This document shows positions 16,723 to 26,981 of a stretch of DNA of 64,000 bases, one piece after another. The DNA is from Thermoplasmatota archaeon (GTDB taxonomy: Archaea; Thermoplasmatota; Thermoplasmata; UBA10834). The position numbers and the translations under genes were made by a program. Numbering within the stretch: the first letter of the stretch is position 1; the number at the start of each line of letters is the position of its first letter. A model generated the notes under the pieces. The model was not told the origin of the DNA. It saw only the letters and a program-made list of their open reading frames with translations, and did no database searches. The DNA is taken from positions 212,141-276,140 of the forward strand of contig JBFMHR010000005.1 in assembly GCA_040751795.1 (NCBI GenBank). The letters run 5' to 3'.

Positions 16723-18691
16723 TGCACCCAAAGGCGACTCTGAGAGGATGACGGAGAGCCTGTCGCTCACCGAGCTGCTCCGGCCCATCGGCTCGCTGGG
16801 GGAGGCCTCGAGGCCGTTCGTGCCCGTGCTGGGCGGGCCGAGGCTGTACCTGCTCCTCCTGTACGCGGCCGTGGTCATCGGCGCCTCGGTCGAGTTCTTC
16901 ATGAGCCAGGAGCTCTGGTACGGGAGCTGGGAGGTCTACAACACATACGTCTTCGTGGTCTCCGGCTTCTTCGTCGCCATGGGAATAGCCATGCTGTTCC
17001 TGACCGCCGGGAAGGCCCCGGACGACGGGTTCAAGCTCCCGCTCTCGAAGGAGACCATGTGGGTCACGGGCCTCTTCACCCTCGTCACGACCGGCGTGGG
17101 CCTGGTCGCGCTCGGCGCCGACATAGGCGCATGGGCCGTGCTGCTCAGCGTCCTCATGGTCTCGGGCTTCGTCCTGATGGTGATGGGCATGAGGTCCATC
17201 TCAAACAGGGACAGCTTCTGGCTGGCCGTGTTCGGCTTCGGGGTGATACTGATGGTGCTGATGCCCGTCCACGAGGCGTTCGACCTCGCCAGGAGCGAGG
17301 AGGGGGAGTACCCGTTCACCGGCCTGAACCTCTTCCTGATGGCCGCGGGCATGTCCACCTCGCTCCTCTCGCTGCAGTTCATGAAGACGAGGGACGGCTT
17401 CCTGGGGGCGTGGCTGATAGGCGCCATGGCCCTGTTCCTGCTGGCGTTCCACGAGCAGACCGGGATCGTGTCGACGGGCACATACGAGCCCTACGACCGG
17501 AGCCTGGCCCTGATAGGGGTCGTCTTCTCGTTCCTGCCCCTGTTCATGTACCTCTGGAAGGAGAGGGAGTACTACTCGATGTGGTCGAAGCTGCGGAGGG
17601 CCGTGCACCTGATGCGCACCGGCGACTTCCCCGGCGCCCTGGTCCAGGCCGACGCCGCGGTACAGGAGAGCTCCGAGGCCGGCGTCTCGCACAAGTTCGC
17701 CGTCCCCTGGACCGTCAAGGGGGACGTCCTCTACCACATGAAGGAGTTCTCGAAGGCGAAGACCGCCTACGACCTCGCCCTCGAGATAGACCCCGACGAC
17801 AGCACGACCTGGTGCCACCTGGCGAACATGTACGCCTTCGAGGGCAAGAGGGCCCTGGCCCTCGGCGCCTACGACAGGGCCATCCAGGCCGACCAGAGGA
17901 ACTCGACCGCGTGGAACAACAAGGGCGCGGTCTTCAGCACACTGGACTGGCCCGAGGAGGCCCTCGCGTGCTTCAGCAGGGCCGTCGCCCTCGACCCGAG
18001 GAACTTCGACGCCTACATGAACCTGGCCAGGACCTACGTCAAGCTCGGCAGGAGCGACGACGCGGTGATGAACTACCAGAAGGCCATAGAGATCAGGCCC
18101 AGGAGCAGGCTCGCGAGGGACGGCCTCCAGAGGGAGTTCTACAAGGGCATGTGCCTGGACCAGATCCGCGGCTGGGAGGAGATGGGCCTCGATACCGCCC
18201 CGCTCAGGGCGCTCCTCGAGGAGGACCCCGCCAACTTCGAGCAGCGGTCCAAGCAGTTCCTCTCGGACATCATGGAGCAGAAGGCCCAGCTGGTCATCGG
18301 GGGCGGCGCGGACAAGTTCGACGTGAACGCCGCGATCAAGGCCGTGCTCACCGTGACCGCGGACAAGGGCGCCACCCTGGAGCGGATGATGAAGGAGACC
18401 AACCTCACGAGCGACCAGCTCGTCCTGCCGATCGCCCTCCTGATGAAGACGGAGAAGCTGCACTTCAAGAGGTCCGGGGCGCACGAGGTCTACGTGTCGA
18501 AGGGCAAGGCCCCCGACGCGCCGCCCCAGCCCCCGCCCGAGGAGGAGCCGCCCAAGAGGGTGTTCCCCCTCAGGAAGGAGAGGCCGCAGGAAGAGGAGGA
18601 CGAGGAGCAGGTCGAGCCGACCGCCTCGGTCCTCGTGTTCGGCGGCAGGAAGAAGCCCAAGAAGAAGCGGCAGACGGGGCCCGGGTCCTAG
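16709..18691 (+). CDS. Polytopic membrane protein (about 8 TM) with TPR repeats and a probable C-terminal winged-helix
   Basis: TPRs WTVKGDVLY..AYDLALEIDP, AWNNKGAVF..FSRAVALDP, AYMNLARTY..YQKAIEIRP; GATLERMMKETNLTSDQLVLPIALLMKTEKLHF HTH-like segment; alternative start 16748. Confidence 0.85.
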   Translation: MEVPDAPKGDSERMTESLSLTELLRPIGSLGEASRPFVPVLGGPRLYLLLLYAAVVIGASVEFFMSQELWYGSWEVYNTYVFVVSGFFVAMGIAMLFLTAGKAPDDGFKLPLSKETMWVTGLFTLVTTGVGLVALGADIGAWAVLLSVLMVSGFVLMVMGMRSISNRDSFWLAVFGFGVILMVLMPVHEAFDLARSEEGEYPFTGLNLFLMAAGMSTSLLSLQFMKTRDGFLGAWLIGAMALFLLAFHEQTGIVSTGTYEPYDRSLALIGVVFSFLPLFMYLWKEREYYSMWSKLRRAVHLMRTGDFPGALVQADAAVQESSEAGVSHKFAVPWTVKGDVLYHMKEFSKAKTAYDLALEIDPDDSTTWCHLANMYAFEGKRALALGAYDRAIQADQRNSTAWNNKGAVFSTLDWPEEALACFSRAVALDPRNFDAYMNLARTYVKLGRSDDAVMNYQKAIEIRPRSRLARDGLQREFYKGMCLDQIRGWEEMGLDTAPLRALLEEDPANFEQRSKQFLSDIMEQKAQLVIGGGADKFDVNAAIKAVLTVTADKGATLERMMKETNLTSDQLVLPIALLMKTEKLHFKRSGAHEVYVSKGKAPDAPPQPPPEEEPPKRVFPLRKERPQEEEDEEQVEPTASVLVFGGRKKPKKKRQTGPGS

Positions 18692-19575
18692 ATCTGGACC
18701 TTCCCCTTCTTCAGCAGCGTCTGCAGCGCCTCGTCCGCGGCCCTGTCCTTCTTGTCCCTGTCGTCCAGGGCCTTCCGGGTGGCGAGGTTGACGTCCCTTA
18801 TGGCGTTCCTCTCCTCCCGGACCTCGGCGCGCTTCTGGTCCTTGATCTCTATGACCTTCCCGCGGAGCTCCATCGCCTTCTGGTGGACGGCGTCGGCCTC
18901 CTCCCTCAGCTTGATGAACTCCTCGTGCTTCTTGTTGGCCGCCCCGGAGAGGGCCGCGATCTCCTTCGCGTGGGTCTGGGCCTCCTCGTGGAACCTGTGC
19001 TGCTCCTCCGAGAGGCGCACGACCTCCGAGTGCTCCTTGTCCGCGAACTTGAAGAGGGCGTCTATGCTCGCGTCGACGTCCTTGACCTCCTTCTGGATCT
19101 TCTCCTGCTCCGCGAGGATCTTCTTCAGCCTCTCGACGTCGGCGGCGCGGGCCTTGATCTTCTCGAGGAGGTCCCTCTCCTCCGCGAGCTTGAGCGGGAC
19201 GGTCTGCTGCCTCAGCTCCAGGGCCTTGATGTCCGCCTCGGCGACCCTGACCTCGGTCCTGAGGTCGCCCATGGGCTTCCCCCTGAGCTTCCTCTTGAAC
19301 TCGATGAGCTCCTTGGCCTTGGCCTGGAGCTCGTCCCTCTTCTTCTTGTGGGCCCGCATCTCCGCGACCGCTGCGTCCCTCTTGTCCCGGGCCGCGTTCA
19401 TCGGCCCCTGCAGCTCCTTCCTCTTGTCGTGTAGCGAGTCCCTCTCGGACCTGGCGATCGCCGCGAGCTCGTTTATCTCGTCGCGCTTGTTCAGGAACGC
19501 CCTGAACTTCAGCTCCGCGCTGTCGAGCTCGCTGATCTTCTTCTTCTTCGATGGAGACTCTCTCTTGGTCTTCAT
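18688..19575 (-). CDS. Conserved archaeal long coiled-coil protein (COG1340-like)
   Basis: Continuous heptads with RDEIN/RDSLH/RDEL and ADKEH/ANKKH/ADAVH repeats; ends LLKKGKVQI. Confidence 0.8.
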   Translation of the reverse strand: MKTKRESPSKKKKISELDSAELKFRAFLNKRDEINELAAIARSERDSLHDKRKELQGPMNAARDKRDAAVAEMRAHKKKRDELQAKAKELIEFKRKLRGKPMGDLRTEVRVAEADIKALELRQQTVPLKLAEERDLLEKIKARAADVERLKKILAEQEKIQKEVKDVDASIDALFKFADKEHSEVVRLSEEQHRFHEEAQTHAKEIAALSGAANKKHEEFIKLREEADAVHQKAMELRGKVIEIKDQKRAEVREERNAIRDVNLATRKALDDRDKKDRAADEALQTLLKKGKVQI

Positions 19576-20028
19576 TCGGACCCGCCAGGCCAGATAATAC
19601 GGCAGGGGATAATGGCACCGGGTTATAAGGGTTGCTCAGGTCCTCGGGATGGTTCAGGCCCGCCGGAGCGCGCGCAAGCCGTCAGCTCCTCGATGCTGAA
19701 GGCAGGCATCCCATGGAATGGCCGCAGACAGGCTACGCGCGAAAGCAAGTGCTATATACTCCGGGTATCTAGCCTCATCCATCAACTCCCCAGTATGACT
19801 CCCTCTTGGAATCGGAGGAATGCTGGGTTCCATTTCATCGAGACTGGATCGTGGTCTTCAGGGCGGGGGGACTGGTGCAGTGGAGACGATTGCATTCATG
19901 GACGGTGATGATCTCCATCATAGCACCCCCGTCCATGGTCTTCGCCCAGGGCCAGTCGACCGCGCGACGCTAACCCGATTGCCCACCCTCACAGGGCCGC
20001 GACAATCCGCTGCGGTGAGACATCCAAG

Positions 20029-21099
20029 TCACGGCTCATGCATGAGCGCGATGCCCGTGCCAGGTCCGGAGGGCGCCTTCAGCTTCCCATCTATGAACTC
20101 GAGCCCCGACGACGGGTCGTCGATGATGTTGAAGTGTGAGTCTAGGTCGGCGTACCTCACGTTGTCCGAGCTGAGGACGAAGTGCAGCCCAGCGGCGATG
20201 GAGAGCTGTATCTCCCCCATGCAGCCGACCATGGTCCCGATCCCGGCTTCTGCCGCGAGCCTGTTGATGACGATGGCGTCGTGGATGCCAGCGCTCTTCA
20301 TGAGCTTGATGTTGATGAGGTCGACGGCTCGCTCCTTGATGACCCTCTTCGCGTCCGCAACGTCCTTGACGCACTCGTCGGCCATTATCGGGACGGGGCT
20401 CCTCTCCTTGACCTTCTTCAGTCCGGCGTAGTCCTCGGCCTTCACGGGCTGCTCCACGAGGACGACGTCCAGCGTCTTCATAGCCTCGCACAGCTCCAGC
20501 GCCTGCTCGACGGTGTAGCCCTGGTTCCCGTCGACCCTGAGCTGGACCATCGGCCCGACCGCGTCACGGACCGCCGCGACCCTCCTGATGTCATCCTCCA
20601 GGTCCAGGCCGACCTTCACCTTCAGCGCCCTGAACCCCTCCTTGTAGTGCTTAAGGGCGCGCTGGACCGTGACCTCCTTCGACTCGATCCCGATGGTCAT
20701 GTCGGTGAGGACGCTGTCCCCCCTGGAGCCGCCGAGGTACCTGTGCAACGGCTTCTTCTCCCTCTTGCTGAGGAGGTCGTACACGGCCATGTCCACCGCG
20801 GCCTTGGCCGAGGTGTTCCCCGGCGCGATGGCGTCGAGCCTCCTGTGCAGGCCGGAGAGGTCCGTCTCGTCCGTGCCGACCAGTTTCTTGGCCGCCTTGG
20901 CCAGATAGGCCTCGACGGACCCGACCGTCTCGTGAGTGACGTCGGTCGGGGAGGCGGCGCCGACGCCGTACCCGTCCCCCGAGACGACCTTGACCATGAT
21001 GTTCTCCGCGGTGTCGGATGTGCCCGTCGCGATCCTGAAGGTGCACCTGCGCTGGTTGATGAAGGTCCTGGTCTGAATGGAGTCTATCGTGGCCCGCAC
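20029..21099 (-). CDS. Dipeptide (L-Ala-D/L-Glu) epimerase, enolase superfamily
   Basis: LKVKVG, RVDGNQGY, VEQP, IMADE, INIKLMKSAG, MVGCMGE, ADLD. Confidence 0.9.
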   Translation of the reverse strand: MRATIDSIQTRTFINQRRCTFRIATGTSDTAENIMVKVVSGDGYGVGAASPTDVTHETVGSVEAYLAKAAKKLVGTDETDLSGLHRRLDAIAPGNTSAKAAVDMAVYDLLSKREKKPLHRYLGGSRGDSVLTDMTIGIESKEVTVQRALKHYKEGFRALKVKVGLDLEDDIRRVAAVRDAVGPMVQLRVDGNQGYTVEQALELCEAMKTLDVVLVEQPVKAEDYAGLKKVKERSPVPIMADECVKDVADAKRVIKERAVDLINIKLMKSAGIHDAIVINRLAAEAGIGTMVGCMGEIQLSIAAGLHFVLSSDNVRYADLDSHFNIIDDPSSGLEFIDGKLKAPSGPGTGIALMHEP

Positions 21100-21968
21100 C
21101 CCCTCTCGAAGAGCTTCACCGCGTTGATGTCCTTAGGGAGGCCGATGCTCTGCGCGACCGGCGCGCACTTGGTCCTGAGCAGGTAGGCGATGGGCGCGAG
21201 GTCCGTCTCGGAGAGGGACTCGAAGTTGGCCATGCCCTTGGCGATGACCAGGTCCTTCGCCCTGAGCATGTCGCCGAAGCCGCCGTCCATGGAGTCCAGG
21301 TCTATGCCGACCGCGAAGCCGGGAGCCTCGACGACCTCGTCGACCAGCTCCTCCAGCCCGAGCCCACCGATGTCCCTCATGGTCACGTCGGTGAGGATGG
21401 GCTCCTCCTTGAGCACGAGCGTGACCCTCGCCCCGAGCCCCTTCAGCTGCCTCAGTGCGAGCCTGTCGAACACGACCTCCCCGCAGTTGTCCAGGAGGTA
21501 CGCGACCTCGGCGCCCTTCCCGAGCAGCCTCCTGATCGCGGGGGTGTCGTCGTGCCCCAGCCCCTCGGCGAGCAGGCCCCTGAACTCGGTCCTGAGCTTG
21601 CCAGGGTGGTCGAAGCCGGTCCCGATGCCGAAGTCCAGCACGTTCCCGACGACGGCGCAGAGGAAGGACGTCCTCAGCTTGTCCCTGGACTTCGACACGA
21701 GCCTCTCGGCGGCCGGGTAGAGCTCCAGGGCGACCTCGTTGCTCTTCGCCTTCAGCCCCTTGTAGGGGTCGTCGTCTCCCAATATCCTGTAGACTCCCTT
21801 GTGGACATCCGTGGCCACCGTGGCCGAGCAGACGCCCTCCCCGAAGAGCCTGCCGAGCTCGGCGGAGGCGTACTTCACCGTCTCCACCGACTTGGAGGGG
21901 TCGACCTCCATGGTCTCGAAGAGGACCCTGCGTATCAGGCAGGGCACGCACTCGGGGCTCATCCTCAT
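21084..21968 (-). CDS. DUF89/ARMT1-like damage-control phosphatase
   Basis: ECVPC, DPYKGLK, GNVLDFG, DNCGEVVFD, KGMANFESL, TKCAPVA. Confidence 0.92.
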   Translation of the reverse strand: MRMSPECVPCLIRRVLFETMEVDPSKSVETVKYASAELGRLFGEGVCSATVATDVHKGVYRILGDDDPYKGLKAKSNEVALELYPAAERLVSKSRDKLRTSFLCAVVGNVLDFGIGTGFDHPGKLRTEFRGLLAEGLGHDDTPAIRRLLGKGAEVAYLLDNCGEVVFDRLALRQLKGLGARVTLVLKEEPILTDVTMRDIGGLGLEELVDEVVEAPGFAVGIDLDSMDGGFGDMLRAKDLVIAKGMANFESLSETDLAPIAYLLRTKCAPVAQSIGLPKDINAVKLFERGCGPR

Positions 21969-22101
21969 GGCGGCGCGGGAATCTCGCTACACGGATTTAA
22001 CAGGTCTGGAACTACCCTAGCGCCTCCCGCTGATACCCAGCACCTCAGTTTGATATGGGACGTCAACGTTCACAGCCTGGCGAGTCCGGACAGGGTGCCC
22101 C

Positions 22102-23061
22102 ATGAAGGTCTCGGTGCGCAGGATGACGGTCGAGGACATCCCCGACGTGAAGAGGGTCGACCTCCTCTCCTTCCAGGAGCTGGTGGAGGCGAGGCACCCC
22201 GATGTCAGGAGGATCACCCCCAGGACCGACGACAACCTCCTGTCCTACATGCGCTCGGACCCCGAGGGCGCGTTCGTCGCGCTGGGGGACCACGCGGGCA
22301 TCATAGGCTCCTCGTTCTCGCACATATGGGGCAAGACCGGCTGGGTCGGCCCCGTCTCCGTCCTCCCCGCCTACCAGGGGAAGGGCGTCGGGAAGGAGCT
22401 GGTGAAGCGCTCGCTCGAGTACCTCGACCAGGCGGGCTGCTCGGACATAGGGCTCGAGACGATGCCCGAGAACCAGGTCAACATCGGGATGTACATGCGC
22501 ATTGGGCTCAAGCCCGCCGGCCTCGTGCTGATGATGGGCAAGGGGCTGACGGAGGGCGGCATCGACGACGTCCCGGACGACGACGCCATGATCGAGAGGC
22601 TCTCCGAGAGCAGGGCGAAGGAGTCCCTCCTCGGCCAGATGCGGAAGCTCTCCGACTCGGTCCAGCCGGGCCTGGACTACACCCGCGAGGCGGTCCTCAC
22701 CCAGGACCACGCCTCGGGCGAGACCCTCCTCGCCCTGGACGGCAATAGGCTCCTGGGCTTCTCCATTGTCCACACTCACCCCAGACGCGAGAGGATGCAG
22801 AACGCCGTGGTGAAGGCGCTGGTGGTCTCCCCGGGCGCGGGGACGGACCCGCTGATACCGCTCATAGCGGCCTCGGAGCTGCTCGCCCTGGACGACAGGT
22901 CCGCGGAGCTCTCGGTGCCGGTCCCCGCCATGTGCACGAGGGCGGTGGACGCCCTCCTGTCCAGGGGGTACTCGGTCGCTCAGACCTACGAGAGGATGAT
23001 GTGGCTCGGCACTTCGGGCATGTCCGAGAGGGTGTACAACCTCTGCTCGTGGTCGGGCTGA
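22102..23061 (+). CDS. GNAT N-acetyltransferase (tandem GNAT fold)
   Basis: GPVSVLPAYQGKGVGKELV motif A; NIGMYMRIG. Confidence 0.85.
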   Translation: MKVSVRRMTVEDIPDVKRVDLLSFQELVEARHPDVRRITPRTDDNLLSYMRSDPEGAFVALGDHAGIIGSSFSHIWGKTGWVGPVSVLPAYQGKGVGKELVKRSLEYLDQAGCSDIGLETMPENQVNIGMYMRIGLKPAGLVLMMGKGLTEGGIDDVPDDDAMIERLSESRAKESLLGQMRKLSDSVQPGLDYTREAVLTQDHASGETLLALDGNRLLGFSIVHTHPRRERMQNAVVKALVVSPGAGTDPLIPLIAASELLALDDRSAELSVPVPAMCTRAVDALLSRGYSVAQTYERMMWLGTSGMSERVYNLCSWSG

Positions 23062-23062
23062 G

Positions 23063-24163
23063 TCACTTCAGTATCCCGAGCTGGCCCAGCTTCTCAGGGA
23101 GGTAGGTGTCCGTCACGTAGTCGAGGCCGTACTTCGCCAGCGCCTGCTGCTCCGCCTTCTTGCCGATCTCGAGCATCAGGTCGATCTCGTGCTTCCAGAA
23201 CTCGTCCTTGAACCTCGGGTCGGTCTTCTCCGCGTTGAGCGCCTGGATGTCCTTGTCGTTGAGCTTGTCCGTGGGGAGTTCGTAGTTCAGGATGTCCGAG
23301 GCGGTGATGCCCACGAACTCGGCCGTGGGCGTGGCCAGGTACTCCGATATGTGGGCGGTCTTGATGGCGCCGTAGGCGATGGACGCGTGGATCCTGAAGC
23401 TCCAGGGGTCGCCGTCCGTGAAGGTGACGACGGGCAGCTTCATCTCCTCGTTCAGCCGCTTGATGAACCTGCGCGTGCTCCTCGCCGGCTGCCCCTTGAG
23501 GTGCACTATGACCGCGTGGGCCTCCTCGTCGAACTTGTTCTCCACCAGCCTGTCGAACATACCGCCCGTCTCGATGGCTATGATGAAGTCCGCGTCGCAG
23601 TCCACGAACTCTATCTTCTCCTTCTCGACGTTGTACGGGACGCCGTACCCCGAGTCGCCGACGTCGTCCCTGCAGTTGATCTTCTTCTTCTTGCCCTTCC
23701 TGTCCGTCTCCTGGATCGTGATGTTGCCCATGACCCTCGCGCCGTCCTCCTCGGGCCTGAGCTTGAAGTCCTCCCTCATGCAGCCGGTGATGATCTCGAG
23801 GTCCTCCGCGAGCATGTTGGACTCGTCCTGCGCGGAGAACTTCGCCTTGGGCCACCCCTCGGATATGTAGTACATCTCCCTGAGGGTCGAGCTCTTGCTG
23901 TCCTTTATCATGTCCTCGATGAACTCGAGCATGTACATGGTGCGGAGGAGCATCTGGGCGCCCGTGAGCTTCTTTGCCGACCTCGCCCCCATCGCCTTCC
24001 CGTACTTCCACACGGCGGCCTTGTGGTCGAACCTGATGTTGCTCTTGGTCCTGAGGGGGATCATCATCTTGGGGATCTTCCCGCCGTCCAGCTGGTCGTA
24101 GACCTCCTGGGCTATCCCGGTGAGCTGCTCGACGGCCCTCTGGTGCCTCTCGCTATTCTTCAT
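23063..24163 (-). CDS. top6A: DNA topoisomerase VI subunit A
   Basis: STLREMYY with the catalytic Tyr; [27 protein letters not shown] motifs; KAEQQAL. Confidence 0.97.
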   Translation of the reverse strand: MKNSERHQRAVEQLTGIAQEVYDQLDGGKIPKMMIPLRTKSNIRFDHKAAVWKYGKAMGARSAKKLTGAQMLLRTMYMLEFIEDMIKDSKSSTLREMYYISEGWPKAKFSAQDESNMLAEDLEIITGCMREDFKLRPEEDGARVMGNITIQETDRKGKKKKINCRDDVGDSGYGVPYNVEKEKIEFVDCDADFIIAIETGGMFDRLVENKFDEEAHAVIVHLKGQPARSTRRFIKRLNEEMKLPVVTFTDGDPWSFRIHASIAYGAIKTAHISEYLATPTAEFVGITASDILNYELPTDKLNDKDIQALNAEKTDPRFKDEFWKHEIDLMLEIGKKAEQQALAKYGLDYVTDTYLPEKLGQLGILK

Positions 24164-26141
24164 CCTTGATCACCTCCGCCCCCTCGTCGTAGTCGACCTC
24201 GCCCTCCTCGGCCGCGGCCCCCTCCTCGACGGGCAGCTCGCCCGTGATCTTGAGGTGCTCCAGGTCCCAGTCGCCGGGCAGCACGTCCACGCCGATCACC
24301 GACGCTGCGTCTATGCCGCTGACGTAGACCTCGTTCTCGTCGTACTCCTCCTGGGTGAGCCCGTGGATGTCGAACTTCAGCTCGAACACATCCGTCGAGG
24401 CGATGCGCTTGACGTCCCAGGTGACCTTGTTCCCCTCCCGGATCTCGAGCGGCTCAAGCGTGAGCGTCTTCGGGTCGACCTTGTCGAACGGCACAACCAT
24501 GTGCAGGTGGAATCCCTGGGACTTCGGCGTGTAGTTGAAGATCCGCACCAGCACGTGGTGCCTCTTCTTCTCGAAGGCGACCTCGTCGTCTATCCACACC
24601 ACGTTCATGATCTTGGTGATGGTCCCGGCGAGCTCGGGGACCGGCTTCCCCACGATCTTGGCGCTCTTCTCGGCTATCATGGGTATGATGTCCTGGACGA
24701 TCTCGAACTTGACCTTGGCCTTGCTCTTCTTCTCGGCCTTGTTGAGGTGGGTCTTGAGGCGCCTTGCGCACGCCTTGAGGGCGAGCTCGATCTCCTCCTT
24801 GATCTCGGGGATGTTCGCGACGGCCTCCTTCGACTCCGAGGTGAATGGTATCTTGGTCGACGCGAGGTGGACCATGATGATGGCCGGGCCGAAAGGTATG
24901 CCGCTGCCACCCCTCTGCTCGAGCCCGTACCTCCTCCAGTCGACGTTCTCTATCGCCTGGGTCGTGGCGCAGGCGCCCTGCTGGTACATCAGCGGGACCC
25001 GGTTGGCGAACCTGAGTATCTGGACCGGCTCCTCCTTGCTCAGCTCCCCGCCGTAGACTATCCCGACCTCGACTATGAACGGGTTGCCCGCGTAGACCTT
25101 GGGCTCCCTGGTGACCGGGGGGGCGTAGAACTCGGCCTTGACCTCCCCCAGCACGTTCTTCAGCCCCTTCCGGATTAGCGTCTCGCCTATCGGGGAGAGG
25201 CAGTCCGTCTCGGGGGCCATGATCTTGACCTTCTTGATGGCGTCGAGGACGGCGCCGGCCTGCTCGAGCGTGAGCTTTCCGGGGCTCTGCTCCGGAGGCA
25301 CCCCGGCAAGCTCGCAGATCTCCTTGGCGACCCTGTTGGATATCCTCGAGAACTCGGAGCTCAGGAAGCTGGTCATCCTGAGCGACTCGGTGTATTTCGC
25401 CATGCTCAGGAGCTCGCCGAGCTCCACGCCCTCGGGGTGGGGCATGACCGGCTTCGTGGGCGGCGGCACCTGGTCCGAGGCGCGCTCGAAGACTATGGGG
25501 GCGCCCTCCGGAGGCACGAACGTGATCCTTGCGTGCGGGTTGACGATGGCGGTGCCCTTGAGGTACTCGAACACGGACTGCTTCCCGCCGATGTACTTGC
25601 CCTTGAGGTGCACCTGTATGCTGGTCCCGTGCTCCCGGTCCCAGATGACCCTGTCCTCCCTCAGCCTGTCGGGCCTGTTCTTCTTGGTGTCCAGGATGAG
25701 GTCGCACTCGTAGGCGGTGTCCTCGTCCGATATCTTCGACCGGACGGTCGCTGCCTTGCCCGTGGTGAGCTGGCTGTACATGACGACGGCGGAGACGCCT
25801 ATGCCCTGCTGCCCCCTCCGCTGCGCCCTCGTGTGGAACCTGGAGCCGTACAGGAGCCTCGCGAAGACGTTGGGGACCTGGGCCTTGACTATCCCGGGGC
25901 CGTTGTCCTCCACCGTCAGCTTGTACTCGGTGTTGTCGATCTTCTCTATCTTGACCATGAGGTCCGGGAGTATGCTCGCGTCCTCGCACGCGTCGAGGCT
26001 GTTGTCCACAGCCTCCTTGACAGAGGTGATGAGCGCGCGCGTGAGCGAGTCGAACCCGAGTATCTGCTTGTTCTTCTCGAAGAACTCGGAGACGGAGATC
26101 TCCTTCTGGTTCTTCGCAAGCTCATGGGCTATCGATGCCAA
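24153..26141 (-). CDS. top6B: DNA topoisomerase VI subunit B with C-terminal extension
   Basis: [51 protein letters not shown]; TTG start at 26141 after GGAGGCGG. Confidence 0.97.
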   Translation of the reverse strand: MASIAHELAKNQKEISVSEFFEKNKQILGFDSLTRALITSVKEAVDNSLDACEDASILPDLMVKIEKIDNTEYKLTVEDNGPGIVKAQVPNVFARLLYGSRFHTRAQRRGQQGIGVSAVVMYSQLTTGKAATVRSKISDEDTAYECDLILDTKKNRPDRLREDRVIWDREHGTSIQVHLKGKYIGGKQSVFEYLKGTAIVNPHARITFVPPEGAPIVFERASDQVPPPTKPVMPHPEGVELGELLSMAKYTESLRMTSFLSSEFSRISNRVAKEICELAGVPPEQSPGKLTLEQAGAVLDAIKKVKIMAPETDCLSPIGETLIRKGLKNVLGEVKAEFYAPPVTREPKVYAGNPFIVEVGIVYGGELSKEEPVQILRFANRVPLMYQQGACATTQAIENVDWRRYGLEQRGGSGIPFGPAIIMVHLASTKIPFTSESKEAVANIPEIKEEIELALKACARRLKTHLNKAEKKSKAKVKFEIVQDIIPMIAEKSAKIVGKPVPELAGTITKIMNVVWIDDEVAFEKKRHHVLVRIFNYTPKSQGFHLHMVVPFDKVDPKTLTLEPLEIREGNKVTWDVKRIASTDVFELKFDIHGLTQEEYDENEVYVSGIDAASVIGVDVLPGDWDLEHLKITGELPVEEGAAAEEGEVDYDEGAEVIKDEE

Positions 26142-26243
26142 TCGTTCCCGCCTCCACAAGGAAGCCAATGCCGGGCGGCGCGCCCGAGTGCATCCCAGAT
26201 GCTCCCAATAGCGTCCTGGAATAAAAAAGTGTTGCGAGGCTGG

Positions 26244-26900
26244 TCAGGGCCCTGCGCCCTCGTAGGCCATGTACAGCTCCCCGGAGGAGACGCGCGAGCG
26301 GAAGCCGTGGAGGAGCACGAGGAGCGCGACGACGAAGGCAGCGCTCAGGATGATCGCTACGTAGAAGGGGAGCACGACGTGAGTGCCGGACATCAGGCTC
26401 ATCAGCCCCCATGCCAGGGGGCTCAGGGGGGCGATCGCGGCCCCGGCGGCCACGGCTACCTTCCAGTCCACGCGGACGATGAGGAGCAGCGCCGCAACGA
26501 TCGTGGCGAAGATCAGCAGGGCGGCGAATGAGTACATCTCAATTGAGAACTCCCTCAGCGTGTAGTGGTCCTCGGCCCTCTCGTACAGGAAGGCGAAGTC
26601 TATGAACCCGCCCGCGACGGCGACCGCGGCCCCTGCCAGGACGATCAAGCCCACGAACGTGCCCGGGTCGAGCGGGGCGTCCCCGATCCTGCCATCCCTG
26701 AGGCGCATCGCCACATAGACCGCGAGGGCCATCAGGAACAGGTCCCAGCCGAAGTTCATGGCGATGAGCGTCACGATGCCGGTGAACGGGTCCTCCAGCC
26801 TCGGCTCGATGCTGATGTTCGCGGACACGGCGGACGGGACCAACATGAGGGCCGAGAGCGCCATGAGGAAGAGCGCGGACCCCTTTCTCGCGAGCTCCAT
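26244..26900 (-). CDS. Hypothetical membrane protein (signal peptide plus about 5 TM)
   Basis: Hydrophobic segments; GGGTGGTGGGGAG RBS-like element. Confidence 0.75.
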   Translation of the reverse strand: MELARKGSALFLMALSALMLVPSAVSANISIEPRLEDPFTGIVTLIAMNFGWDLFLMALAVYVAMRLRDGRIGDAPLDPGTFVGLIVLAGAAVAVAGGFIDFAFLYERAEDHYTLREFSIEMYSFAALLIFATIVAALLLIVRVDWKVAVAAGAAIAPLSPLAWGLMSLMSGTHVVLPFYVAIILSAAFVVALLVLLHGFRSRVSSGELYMAYEGAGP

Positions 26901-26981
26901 CTCCCCACCACCCTCAGAGGCTACAGGTCTCCGAACGGGCTCGGGGGTATTTCAATCGTGGGGTGACATGTCTGGGCGGGG

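Noticed and set aside
18688-19575. Phosphoserine phosphatase or SMC annotation
   Set aside because: No HAD or Walker motifs; pure coiled coil
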